A DNA stretch of 64,000 nt, from assembly GCF_009914755.1 (NCBI RefSeq), contig NC_060930.1. One strand, 5' to 3'. Made by a program: the position numbers and the translations under genes. The notes below the pieces were generated by a model that had not been told where the DNA came from, searched no databases, and worked only from the letters and a program-made list of their open reading frames with translations. How positions within the stretch are numbered: position 1 is the first letter of the stretch; each line of letters opens with the position of its first letter. This document shows, piece by piece, positions 1 to 12,775 of this stretch. Source of the DNA: the human T2T-CHM13v2.0 reference genome, Homo sapiens.

Positions 1-491
1 GTGCCGGGCTCTCTAGAGCATGTGTTACAGTCAAATCAGAGACAGAAAGAGCGGAGAAGACAGTGGTGGCTTTGGCTGTCCAGCCTCAGTAATCAGATAC
101 ATCCTACACCTTCAGCACAGGGCCAGGCAGCCTTGAGGCAAACATGTCCCCATCTCAGGGAATCAGGACCATTGAGTGTGAGGCATGTGGCCCTCCTGGC
201 CCTGGAGACAGCATCACACCCCTCAGGGCCCCACACGAACCAGGCCCCTAGCCCTGCAACGTCTCCTAAATGCCCCTCAGAGCCAGCAACTCCATCTTCC
301 ACAGATTCACTCATCAAGATCTCACCAGACTCTAGGAAAGGCAAACTTCTAAAATCAGTGTCCAAATGCAGGTAGGAACTGCTGGGTGGCTCTGGGCACC
401 CACTTCCTTCCATAAGAACAGTGAGCCCCCATCCCACAAGGCAAATGGCTCAGGACAGTCTATGAAACGATATTCAAATCAGCATACTTAC

Positions 492-603
492 AAATGCTCT
501 GTTGGGTCCACGCCCAGGTGCTGGTCTCTTCCATTTGGTATACTGTGGTCAATAACTATTGTTTCGGTATTTGCTAAACAAAATCCATTGGACCTCATGA
601 TTT
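492..603 (-). CDS. PXDC1: PXDC1 coding exon 4 ([37 protein letters not shown]); terminal exon lies outside the window
   Basis: CAG acceptor at 606-604, GTAAGT donor at 491-486. 112 nt, frame continuous with exon 3. Confidence 0.95.
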
Positions 604-1083
604 CTGAAAACCAAAGCAACAAGGTGAGTCCTCAGGAGGGGTCGGAGCTTGAGGTTTTGGAGTTTGGAACTTACTCCCATCTCCCTGCTTTCTCCTCCAC
701 CTGTTGCCCGTGCCTCTCTTCCACACCGTAAGAGAATGCCGTGCACCCGAGACCCATTCAGAGCTCTGCCGCACAAAGTCAGGGAAGAGGTCAATCCCCG
801 CAGGAGCCAGGCCTGCTGTGTGTCTCTCCCAAGACAAAGATGCTCTGCTGCCTGAGTACGCTCTCCATATGCCCTTCGCTGTGGGCTTCAAGCTGGAGTA
901 CAAAGAAGGAGTACTGGGCTCAAATCTGTGAGTCTGCGTGTGAGAGCAGAGCTATGGCACAGTGACATGTGGCTCTGCCCAGGGTACCTCTCCTTGCTGA
1001 GCTCTCACTGTGGCTGAGACATGAGTAACAATATTGACTGCCCTGGGTTGTTGTTCTGACTGAATGAAATCAGTGTGCATTTT

Positions 1084-1336
1084 ATTCTTATTTCAATAGT
1101 TTTGGGGTTACAGGTGGGTCTTGGTTACACGGATAAGTTCTTTAGCGGTGATTTCTGAGATTTTGGTGGATCCATCACCCAAGCAGGGTACACTATACCC
1201 AGTAAGTAGTCTTTTATCCCTCACCCCACGAACCCAAAGTCCATGATATCATTCTTATGCCTTCGCATCCTCATAGCTTAGCTCCCACTTCTAAGTGAGA
1301 ATATACAATATTGGTTGCCCATTCCTGAGTTACTTC
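1084..1336 (-). mobile_element. 5'-truncated L1 (L1PB-like) 3' end
   Basis: L1PB-type 3'UTR sequence flanked by a 14-bp TSD, TCAGTGTGCATTTT (1070-1083 and 1337-1350). Confidence 0.85.
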
Positions 1337-4020
1337 TCAGTGTGCATTTTAAACCAAAGGGTGACTTTCACTGTTTCGCTTTATGTAATTCTGTATGTAA
1401 ATGATTTTTTTCCCAAATAAGCACAGATTCGGGTAATTTAGAAAAGCCAGCAAAGAAAAACGACTTCCTACGTCCATACTGGCTGCATGGCATGAGCTAG
1501 AGGGTGGAAGTCTGCGCTCGTCCTTGGCTGGAGGGGCTGGAATGGAGGATGAGGAGCCAGGACAACGAGCTCCATGGCCTTGGGACTCAGTTTCCTCCAA
1601 TGAAAAATTTCAAAGTTGTATTAATCTCTGAGGATCCTTCTCACTCTGAAATCCCATGAACTCCTGGATCGCATCATGCCATCTGGTCCATCTAGGTATA
1701 AAAAGCTGCAGCGTTCGTTTGTATTTTCTGAGGGACCGCGTTTCCGTCCCCTCGCTCGGCAGATGAGATCTGGTAGCCATGGCCAGTTCTTGGAGCTAAA
1801 GTCCTCCAGCTGCCCGTGAGCCTGCTCATCTCCTAACCACAGCTCTAAGACCAGGACCACCTTCATCTGTTCTTTCGACTCAGAACCTCTATGCACCCCA
1901 TCATAAAAGTCATGCCTAAAATATACTCCAAATTCCTGGTGCCTTCTCAAATCCAAGGGATTATCTTCTTCCCATTCAGGACACAGCTCCTAACAGCCCT
2001 CCCTCTCCCCTGGCACACCACACCCAACAGGAACATCACTCACTGCCCCATCGGATGCCTTAGTTGCTTGGGGGACTGTTTTCCTTTATTTTTTCTTACA
2101 CCTTACCACAATTTAGCCTGGTTCATTCCCGTGTATGGATTTGCTTTCTTTGGTAACTGAAATAGTCACTTTCTGTTTAATCTTTCTACATATTTGGTTC
2201 TCAGTTCTTTGAACTGCTTTCCATACGAAGAGAATTAGGGAAATTACACAAAAATGAGGAAAGAGAAACAGATTTCCTCCTCGCCCCCCATAGGATCAAA
2301 ATGTCGATTCATCAGTCAGATTCATCAGGTCATTGCTAAAATTCCACCTGCCTTTCTGGAGAAGGGCCACTGGTGTTTCCTGGGGACATCAGTCCTCAGC
2401 TCTTCCCTGCCCTCCTCCCTGTACCACCTGGTAGGGCTGCAGGTCCTGAGAAGGAGCTCTGCGAAGCAAAGAGGAATCAGTGCCCAAAGTCTGGGGTCAG
2501 CCACACTTCCAGGTGTAAAAGGGGCGAAAGAAGATGCTTACCAAAGCCTCGCTGAACAGGCGGACTGTGAAAACTGCCATATCCTAACAAGATAAACTAA
2601 GATTCCCTCGCCTCTCTATCTAAAATGGGTGGCAGCACAGAACCACTGCCTTTATTGTTTTTATTAACTCTGACCCAAATCTGTCTTTCTTGGGAAGCAC
2701 ATAAAACCTCAGAGCAACCTCCATACAGCCAGCTGACAGCCCCATCCCCCTTTCTCCCACCCCTTTTGCAAAGGGAACTTGGTTGGGTGGTGGCCTACAA
2801 GTTAAAACAAATGTCACTGCTGCAAATCACTTCTGAATAAAATTCTGAAGAGTTACTTTACATGCCTAATCTTTCTTAAATGTGAAATTTGGAGCTCTAT
2901 AAAACGGAGTCATTACCAGTCCCCCAAAAAATAGATTTGTAAGCAATCCTTCCTTAATTGCCTGTGACAAGGAGCCTCATGCACATACATGTGGTTTAAT
3001 TATTTGCAAGGCTGGCTGGGCCCTGAAGGACACTAAGGTATGTCTGGTGCCTCCTGCATGGACCTTGCTGTCTCAGGCCCGGCCCAGAGAGGGACTTCGC
3101 TTAGACTCTCACATTTCACTAAAGATGGTCCCTGAGAAGCTCCGGTTCCCTCCTGGATCCCACCTCTGCTGTCAGCCCCAGAATCTCGAAAAACCTAGGG
3201 GCAAGCCAGCAGGCTACACAGCTGGCAGGTGTGCAGCAACCTCTGGAACATTTATTCCCAACACGGGTTCAGAAAGGGATGGTTTATTGAAAAGCAAATT
3301 GTCTTAAAACCTAGGGAAGTGTGCACAGCTTTTATACGCCTGTGCCAGGTGAAAATGGAGCACAGATTCTCTAACAGTTTACATTTTTATTTACTTGGTC
3401 ACTTTAACAAACAAGTCCTAAGAAAAGCTGTAGAAATTAGAACACGTCCACAGTTTAAAAAAAAAAAAAGAAGAAAAAACATTTAGCTGTAGCAAGCCTC
3501 TAATTGTAGGGACCACTGGTTTAAGGAGATCTTCTTGCTAAGCCTGTAGCCTGTGCCCCGTTTCAACCACGGACAGCAGATATTTACATGGGAGTTGACC
3601 TCCCAGGTCAGTTTTCACAAGACGATGGTATAGACCATGAACTTGTACCTTCAGGCAAAAGGCTGCATTGAGATTCATTGCTACGGGACCAGGGAGCCTG
3701 ACTTGTAACAAAATCCACTGATAACTTGCCATGTGCCTTCGGCCAGAGCACTAGCAAGCATGGCGTGTCTCAGTGTGGAATGCTGGCTCCTCAGGAGGCA
3801 CGAGCAGGTAGGAAAGCATGCAGACTGCAGCTGGGGAAGGCTCTGCTACTTATGCCTGGAGAGCAGGTTACTTCTTGCTCAGTTTCTTCATCTGTACAAT
3901 GGAAATAAAGGTATCCATTCCAAAGGCCATTGTGCAGACTAACTTGAGATGATGTATGTAAAGAATCTAGCAAATACTGAGGGCTCAATAAAGAGTCCTG
4001 AGTGATCTATCATGATCATT

Positions 4021-4209
4021 CAGTGCCCTTTTATTAATTGCCTAACTGGGCTACCCCTATTTAGTAAAAATAAGGTTGACATTATACAGAAGCCAGATTA
4101 ATGAAAAACAGTGTTCTATTTCCAGGCCCCCTAAACCTAAATAATCAGATTTTGTGGCTGAAATTGATGAGTCCAAACAGCCGTATCAAGGCTGAGGTCC
4201 GCATTTCCT
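4021..4209. repeat. Copy 1 of a diverged ~190 bp direct duplication
   Basis: Aligns by eye with 5277-5470; shared blocks include CTGGGCTACCCCTA, CAGAAGCCAGATTAATGAAAA, TCAGATTTTGTGGCTGA, ATTGATGAGTCCAA and GCATTTCCT. Confidence 0.9.
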
Positions 4210-5276
4210 CACAGCTATTATGATCATTGTTAGTAATGTCCTCAGATCTGTTATGATGTAAATAAAAAAGAACGGAAGAAAATGCTGTCATTCAAGAAAA
4301 ATTATAGCATCTGAGCCTCTCTTCAAACATACAGTGTGAATGTCTTAGAAGTCAGCTTAGTATCTATAGCAAGAATCTTTGACCAATGTAGCCATTTTAA
4401 TCACATACATGACTGATTCCATGAAATAGTTGACTTTCAAGCTATTTTTTTACACTCATATTTTTCCAAATGAAAGCAGCCCTGCTCTTCCATGGAAACT
4501 GACATTGGCACAATTCTGTTAACTAAATGAAAGACCTCCTTCACTTGAATTTCAACAGTCTTTCCACCAACGTTCCTCTTTTCCGTGGGGGCCCCAATCC
4601 AGGATCTCTTGCTGCAATGAGTTGCTCTGTCTTGGTCTTCTGCGACCTCTGACAGTTCCTCCATCGTTCCTTGTCCCTCATGACCGTAGCACTCTTAGAG
4701 AGGACTGAGCTATTTTAGCAAATGTCCCTCGATTTGGGTTTGTTTGCAGTTTCAGAGTGATTCGATTGAGGTGATGCATTTTTGGCAGGAACCCTACACA
4801 GTGACGCTGCATGAGACCTGGAGTGGCATATGGGGGTGGGGCTGAGGCTGACAGGTCCTGCTGCTGCTGAGGCTGCTGTGGAGTGCCTGGTGAGGAGGCT
4901 TCTGCCAGCTGTTTCCACAGCGAAGTTACCACCTTTCCCTTTGTAGTTAATTGAAGGAGGATGCCTTGCAGCTATGCAAATCCTGTTTCTCCTCAGTTTC
5001 ACTCACAAATCTTTGCATCTATCAGTCAATGGATCTTTTTTGCAACAATTACCAATGTGTCTGTTTGCCTGATGGCAATTTTTCTGTTTTTTAGATGCAG
5101 CTATGTTTTCATAGCCCCACAAACGTCACAACCCCTCACTTCAATAACTCTATTCCTTTTCTCAGCAGACACGCGGTCTCAGCCGTGAAAGCATTCATAC
5201 TCTAGCCTTCCTCCCTTTCACCTCCTCTCTCCCACTGTATTTCCCATGTACTCCAGCAACGGAACAAAACCCAAAG

Positions 5277-5470
5277 CAGTGCCCTTGTATTAACTGGCTA
5301 GCTGGGCTACCCCTACATAGTGAAACTAAGGTTGAGATTGGCCAGAAGCCAGATTAATGAAAAATAAAATTGTGATTCATTTCCAGGCCTCTTAAACCTG
5401 AATGGTCAGATTTTGTGGCTGAGATTGATGAGTCCAAGTTGCCAGATCGAAGCTGAGGTTTGCATTTCCT
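5277..5470. repeat. Copy 2 of a diverged ~190 bp direct duplication
   Basis: See 4021-4209. Confidence 0.9.
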
Positions 5471-5661
5471 TTTACATTGCACAGCTGCAGCCATGAGGCA
5501 GAACGCTCTAAATTCTTGCTTTCTTACATTTGATAAGCATTGGGACAAAGAATGATTAAGGCTGTACTGGTTGGAAGCACTGCCAAGGGATGCAGTCCAT
5601 CCTGACTGTCCTCACCGTGGCCCCAGGATGTGGAAACAGTCGCCGCGCCTGCTAGCGCCGG

Positions 5662-5675
5662 GCGCCATCTAGTGG
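5662..5675 (-). promoter_or_regulatory. CTCF motif (CCACTAGATGGCGC) in PXDC1 intron 3
   Basis: Near-consensus CTCF core in a small CpG-retaining patch. Confidence 0.75.
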
Positions 5676-7654
5676 AGCTCCTGACAACTAAACGATCCTA
5701 GAAAAGCCAAGGTACTCAGCACCTGCAGGTCCCCATCCCCAGCCTACATCATGAGAGCAGAGACAGTCAGTGCCTGTTCCCCATGGCACCACCTCCCTAC
5801 ACGTATGTCAGTGGCATAAGAAATGGAGGAGGAGGGTGGATGTGGGCTCTCGGCCGGGAATGAATGGAATTAACCAGGACAGCAGTGGACAGGCAGGTTT
5901 GCACGAAGGACCCTGCAGGGCCACAGTCCATGCAACGGCTGGCCAGTCCCCTGCAGGAGGCTGAGGCTCTGGAGTGGAGGTGACAACATCAAAAGGCTAG
6001 CGTGGGCTAGGCTCTGAATGCCCAGAATGACCAAGAACTTGGGCTTGATGGTGAGAGTGAGCTTTTAAGACAGTTAATAAGCCTCAGAGGTCAGAGCTTT
6101 GGGATGACTGGCTCAGTCCTCGGGTTCATATCCTGGAGAAAGGGGGAGGCATGAGAGAAAGCCGTGTGGACAGTCTCAGGTGATGCCAGGACTCTCTGGA
6201 CCCCGCGCCTCAGCCTGGGGAGCCATAGATCCAGAAACATGCCAAATATGGGACCAAGACTGAGAACATGGTGTGCCTATGTGTGAGCCATTTTCTCAAA
6301 GGGATGTTGGGGCTATTTATTGTCAATAGTAATTTCATTAAAAAACACTCCTGAAGGGAGGTATCTGCCATGGTGTGCGTGGGTGTACCGCCTCGCCACC
6401 GGCAGGCACAACTGCTCTAGATTAAGAAGCTCCCTTAGACACAGTGAGGGGCGAGCTAGACCGGGAACAGAGATCGGAAGGTCTGGGGGGTTCAGAGAAA
6501 GAAAACCAGACTCGGTGACCGGCAGAGAAGAGGAAGAGGAGGAAACACTCAGAGCACTTGAGACCCTCGGCTCTGCAAGGCTGCAAGAGGCCATACCGCC
6601 TGCCGCCTCCTGCAGCAACACCTCCGGGCCCCCAGACTTTGCACTGAGACTGTTAGCCACTGGCTGGTGCAGACTCCATGGTTACGCAGCCCCAGATGTT
6701 AGAACGTGTTCTGTGCTGAGCCAAAGTCGCCCACAGTTACTTCTACCCACAGGCCTAGTGCCAGCCCCCACCTGACCCCTTCCCATGGCAGCCCGCCAAC
6801 ATCTGAAGGTGGCATCCCCTTCCTCCTAGCTGCTCTTCCACATTTCCTCCCATTCTTCTGACCCCTGCCCACCAGACACTCTTCTCTGGATGTAATAATT
6901 CATCTTGCTGCATCCCGGGGACAGTCTTGACTTGCATAAGGAGGCCAGGACCCCTGCCTTCCTAGACCTGGACACTGCACCCCCATCACACACGGAAGGC
7001 CACAGACAGCCGTGGCTGAAACCTGTCCTCAGCCCTTGCAAAAAGGCAAAGAAAACATACTTTCAATGGCAACATGAGACTCTACGTTTCTCCCTGTTAA
7101 ATTTCGTCTCACTATGCTCGCCCCTTAGGGTCCACGTGGGCCATGTGTTCATACACATCGCTGATAGAGACGGGAGGCCAGGGCAGGCTGAAGCATGTGC
7201 CGGGCACTGTGCCTCAGGAGCTTCTCCATCAGAGGTGGCTCCAGGCCTCTAATCTATCCCTCTCACTCGGGGGCCAGCACCTCCCATAAGGCAAGGCACT
7301 AAGAGGACTCTGCTGCTCCTTGATCTCTGGGTTGCCCAAACAGAGCAAAACAAACCAAAACAGAGACACTGGTGCTAGGACTCTCCCCACTCAGACTAAA
7401 GAACCAGGCTTCCCCATGCTCTGCACTACAAAATGCAAAACCCAGAGCAATAGACAATTAGGACTCCAGAGCCCTCTGTGAGCCCTCTGAGATGAGGATC
7501 CATAGACACCCAGCCAGGAAAAAGGACCCAGTCATCCTCACTCTCCCATAAAGGTTCTGGAGACCCAGTGCCAGCTAAAAAGGGGCTCCTGTACTCACTG
7601 CTCTTGTCTAAAGGCACATAGGAAGGTATCTTAGGGAGATATCAAAAGCAGCAT

Positions 7655-8870
7655 ACCACCCAAAGTGATCTACAAATTCATCGCAATCCCCATCAAAATA
7701 CAAATGACATTCTTCACAGGAATAGAAAAAAAAATCAATCCTAGGCCGGGCGCAGTGGCTAATACCTATAATCCCAGCACTTTGGGAGGCTAAGGCAGAT
7801 GGATTGCTTGAGCTCAGGAGTTTCAGACCAGCTTGGGAAACATGGCAAAACCTCATCTCTACAAAAAATACAAAAACTAGCCTGGCATGATGGGATACGC
7901 CTGTAGTCCCAGCTACTTGGGAGGCTGAGGCAGGAGGATCACTTGAGCTGTAACTGCACCACCGCACTCCAGCCTGGGCAACAGAGGGAGACCCTGTCTC
8001 AAAACAAAACAAAACCAACAAACAAAACAACAACAACAAAAATGAGCAAAACAATCCTAAAATGTATATGGAACCAAAAAAGATGCCAAATAGCCAAAGC
8101 AATCTTGAGCAAAGCCAAAGGCATCACACTACACAATTTCAAAATATACGACAGAGCTACAGTAAACAAAACAGCATGGTACTGGCATAAAAAGACACAT
8201 AGACCAATGGAACAGAATAGAGAACACAGAAATAAATCGATATACTTACAGCCAACTGATTTTTGACAAAGGTGCCAAGAACACACAACGGAAACCACCA
8301 AAGTGTCTAGCTACCAATGAATGAGTAAAGGAAATGTGGTACATATGCACAACGGAATACTATTCAGCCATTAAAAAGAATGAAATGCTGTCATTTGTGG
8401 CAACATGAATGAGCCTGCAGGCATTACGTTAAGTGAAATAAGCTAGGCACAGAAAGACAAATGTCACAAGATCTCACCCATATTTGGAACCTAGAGAAGG
8501 GGAGATCATAGAAGCAGCAAGTAGAACAGTGGTTACCAGAGGCTGGGGAGGGGCCAGCGGTGGACAGGGAAAGGCTGGTCAGTGAGCACGAAGTGACAGT
8601 GGGAGGAATAAGCTCTGCTGTACTACTGCACAGTAAGGTGACAAGGGTTAACAGTACTGCCTTGTGTATTTCAAAATAGCTGGAAGAGAGGATTTTGAAT
8701 GTTCTCACCACAAAGAAAAGATGAATGTTTGAGATAATGGAAATGCTAAATACTCTGATTTGATTTTTACACAATATACACATGTATCAAAACATCACAC
8801 TTTACCCCATAAATATGTACAATAATTATGTGTCAGTAAAAACAAACAAAAAAGTAAAAAACAAAACAAA
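7655..8870 (+). mobile_element. Old L1 (L1MA-like) ORF2 end plus 3'UTR, interrupted by an Alu
   Basis: ORF2-like translation ([11 protein letters not shown]...TAWYWHK), GGAATACTATTCAGCCATTAAAAAGAATG 3' motif and A-rich tail. Confidence 0.85.
7744..8042 (+). mobile_element. Alu (AluJ-like) nested in the L1
   Basis: GGCCGGGCGCAGTGGCT start, (CAAAA)n tail, CAATCCTA on both sides. Confidence 0.92.
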
Positions 8871-10019
8871 GCAGCAGCCACAGACAGGGTCAGGTGTGCC
8901 ACCACCCTGCGCACACACAATCCTATTAATATCTACAAACCCATCTTCCACTCCAGGTTCCAGAACCTGCCCACCCCACCCAGTTCTCCCAAGCACACAA
9001 TTCAGAATCCCACTTGTGCTGTGGCCCATAATCAGCAAGGCCACGTTCACAGCCAACAGCATCAGTCACCCATCCCCACTGTCCTCTGGTCTCCCAATTC
9101 CTTCTGGGTCAGCTCTGGGCTCAGACCCCCTCTCATCCACTCTTCTCCCTTGACATCCTTCTGAGTCCTCCATCCCTCCTTCTCCCCTGCTTCCTCCTCC
9201 ATTCAGAAACGGAATGATGGACACAGGCCCCCTGCTCTCCTTCCCACAGATCGCAACATCATGGAGGTGCTCTCCTCTGGCTGAGCCATGTCTCCTCTCA
9301 TGAGTCCCCCCTTCCCTCCCTGTCCACCAGGCAAGATCGCACACAACTGTCACCTCTTATGTCACAAGGTGATTGCCACTTGCTTGGGAAAATCCAGTCC
9401 TAGAGACTCCCAGGACAGACCTCTTTTCCCTACAAAATCCTCCTCATCAGCCTTTGTCAAAATAGTGCTGCAAAAAGCAAGTCTAGTGTTCTCATGACAC
9501 CTGCAACCCAGATCTTAGTAAGTCACCAAACTTGGACTGGCCAAGAGGCCCCAGCTTCCCCTTCCTTCCTTCCTGTGCCAGGAGCCACAGTCCCACATCC
9601 ACGCTAAGGAGACCTAAAGCCTGTGCGTCCCTTTGGTTATGGCTGCCCCTAAAAGCAAGAACCAAATTCAATGCCACGTGACATGGGCTGTCTCACTTCA
9701 GCAGGCTGAACAGTGGATTCCAATAGTTTGCTTCAAACTCTATCATCAATGTGTTTGTTCATCGTTATACCATTTCTTAAGTGAGTTCCAATTTACATGC
9801 CAAACAAACCCCTGAGGACGCAGCAGGAGTGAAAACCACAGGAGGAAACACTGCTTGGGAGAATCAGGCAACAGTCTCTCCCTGTACATTCGCATTTCTC
9901 TCGATTGTCTTTCTGGAAAAGTGTGGCCCAGCCTCAGAGACAGCCAACTGTGAGGGTTTCTGTGACATCTCAGCCTCAACAGCAGTCCCTCCCACCAACG
10001 CCTCCTTTGTGGCTCTTAC

Positions 10020-10137
10020 CTGATATTTTGACTGGACTTTGAAAGCTGGGTTGAATTTTATGCACATTATCATTTTTTAACACCTGATCCAGAGGAGATC
10101 TTTCGAAGAAGGTGAGCACAACTTCCGATCTAGAATA
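10020..10137 (-). CDS. PXDC1: PXDC1 coding exon 3 ([39 protein letters not shown])
   Basis: CAG acceptor at 10140-10138, GTAAGA donor from 10019. 118 nt, frame continuous. Not captured intact by the ORF track. Confidence 0.96.
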
Positions 10138-10997
10138 CTGGGGAGAAATGCAGGGATTACTAAAAACGATCAGCCTCTACACGTTGGCCCTGTCTGTCTA
10201 CCAAGAGAGGGCCCCGCTCCTCCGCAGAGGCAGCCTGTGTGATGCAAACGCCCCATGAATGTCCAGATGCTCCCATGGCTGGCCGCAGGGGCGGGGCTGC
10301 CATCACTGCACAGCCCTCACATGCTCATGGCCCAGGCGGCTGAAAGGCAAGGCCTCAGCGACCTGGGCAGTGGAGGGAATCATGGCTCTGATGTGCCAGT
10401 TTCACTTGCGCCTCCCTCCCTCTATAGTCAACTGTAGGCTGTGTCCACTCTCCCCACTGGCCAGAAAGAAAGGGAAGCTTCCAGGAGCTAAGGAGGTCTG
10501 CCTGGCGCTCAAGTCCAGGTTCTTAACCACCACTCACGACGAAGCCCGCAGGCTTACATGGAAAGGGAGTTGACGGTCAAATCCGGGCAACGTGCCCCGC
10601 TGTGCTGACGCCAACGTTCTTCTTGGTTTCCACGTGTCTGTTCTAAAATCCCCTCAGCAAGACGGTGGATTCTGAGCAGAGGCAGAAAGCAAAGGCCTCC
10701 TGCAGCCAGAGGGGATCCGCGCCCTTCCACCCATGCCTCCTTGCATCCCTCATTTTCACTCTTTCCCCAGGGAGGAAAAACCGGGGCCACTGGAGCCCAT
10801 GAAAGCCTTCTTTCTCCTGATTACACCTGCACACCTCCACTCCGTCCCTATCGCCTGGTACTACCAGGGAGGGAACAAAACGGCTAAGTGAGACAGAGCA
10901 AGCAAGTCAACCCTCCGGGGGGATGGACGCCTTTCGCATTTGGGAGGTGCCAGCACCTCCCACCTCCCTGCCCAGCCCGGGGCCTGGCCACACTCAC

Positions 10998-11089
10998 TTT
11001 ACAGGGCATGCTTATGATCGTCTTCAGCAGCTTCTCCACCTCATTAAGCCTGGTCTCTATGTCGTGGGCTTCCTTTATGGCAACCAGTC
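10998..11089 (-). CDS. PXDC1: PXDC1 coding exon 2 ([30 protein letters not shown])
   Basis: AG acceptor at 11090-11091, GTGAGT donor at 10997-10992. 92 nt, in frame with exon 1. Confidence 0.96.
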
Positions 11090-11955
11090 CTAGAATTGAG
11101 ACAGAAATGCTCAAAGTCAGAATAGCACACCAGGAAACGCGCTCCCAATGCAATACACAACAGGTGCCCACAAACCGCCAGGGTCGTCATCTGTAATGAG
11201 ATGTCGGGAACATTCATTCAGCCTTATGCACCTATAGCCGCTTTCTGGAAGTCCTGCTCTAAGCCTCATTCCATGTTTCACCTACCCAGTGATCCATAAA
11301 GTCTGTGCAGGAGTTGGTACTGTCAATCTGAAAAGGGGATGGGAGGTGTAAGATCCCTCCAAGTGGGGCAGCCTGGCAAACTCCATAATCACCCTGGTCA
11401 CAGCCAGAGCTCAGCCCAGGGCGAATCAGGCCCCACCAGCGTGGTGGCTACAGTCAGGGGTGCTGGCCCAGGACCAGCCCACCCCCAGTGACACAGGGAA
11501 GGACTCACTCTGCTGGCCACGGCTGCTCAGATCGCAGACCCCTGGAAATGGAGCCTCTGTTTAGACCAGTCATTTACATGCCAAGTTCACAAGGAAAAAA
11601 GTCAGGATCTCTGCCTGGACAAAACCAAAGTGGACACGACTCATGCCACTTTCCAGGAATCTGGGCCTCTGTGCTTCTCACGGTCACCACACACCCGAGT
11701 GGCTGTCAGGCAGCATAATATTTTATTTTTAAAATACCATAGCTCGAGGCATGAAGGCTCGGGTGCTTTTCTATCTCCCCATGAGAAGCGCAGAGCAGAA
11801 GTCTTCCCATCACAGGTTCTATCCGTCGGCTTTGCAGGGATGGGGAAGTAGGTGCCCAAGGACACTGGCGTCTCCCCCACACTTGTGTGACCGAGGCTGA
11901 TGCAAACGTGCCTGTGAGCGGTGATTAAACCACAAAGGCTTAAGTGCCAGAACTA

Positions 11956-12003
11956 TTAATGGCAAAAACCGTGATTACTGCGATTACTTTTGCACCAACC
12001 TAG
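11956..12003. mobile_element. MADE1 (mariner-derived) fragment
   Basis: TTAATGGCAAAAACC...ATTACTTTTGCACCAACCTA terminal inverted repeat sequence. Confidence 0.8.
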
Positions 12004-12711
12004 TATTATTGGTCACGGAGACTAACTTTTTCAGAAGTTCTGGTCTGATTTTGTTTTGCAGGGGAAAAGCCTGTTCAGTTTTCAAGCAATTCGTTGAATA
12101 GGTCTATAAGAGAGATAAAAAAAGATTTCTTAAACTTCCTGACTGAAATTAAGAGGTCCCAGAGCATACAGTCCATGAAAACTCCCACCAGGGCTCCCCA
12201 GACATAGGTCAAAGGCACTTCTGCAAGAGTGGGCTACCGCAGGGGCATCCCCATAACGGGGGTCAGGGGGGATCAGTGGAGGCCAAGAACCTTCTCCCCA
12301 CTTCCTCAAGCACGTGCCAGGTGCCCATTCAGCTGGCTCACCTGGTATCCCAGCAGGCATCCCTGCTTAGCAGTGGGGCTATCTGATCCTGCCCCCTCCA
12401 CTGACCTCAGCCACACAGGCCCAGGCGGCCAGCTGTGCAGGGCACAAGGGTCCAAGAGGGGCAGGGTCCGTGGTCTGTGACTCAGCCACTGGAAAACCCT
12501 GGGGCCTCTGTCCACGTGGCCTGTGCCTACGCCCAAGCACGATGCCCTGGCCGTCACCAGAGGAAGGGGCTGGACGACCCTCTGCCGTGTTCTCCAGCCT
12601 CGGCCCACCTCCCCACACGCCGGGGCAAGCAGGGTGGAGAAGGAAGAAAAAGAGAAAACAACAAAAGTACCAGACTCTCCGGATGCCTCCTCCCAAGCCC
12701 TGAATTCCTTG

Positions 12712-12775
12712 CATAGAATTTCAAATATTTATATACCGCAATTTACATAGAATTTCAAATATTTATATACTACAA
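12712..12775. repeat. 34-bp tandem duplication
   Basis: CATAGAATTTCAAATATTTATATAC repeated at 12712 and 12746. Confidence 0.9.

Noticed and set aside
1-437. Overlapping 124-aa and 114-aa ORFs
   Set aside because: Lie in PXDC1 intron 4 with no recognisable protein or supported exon structure.
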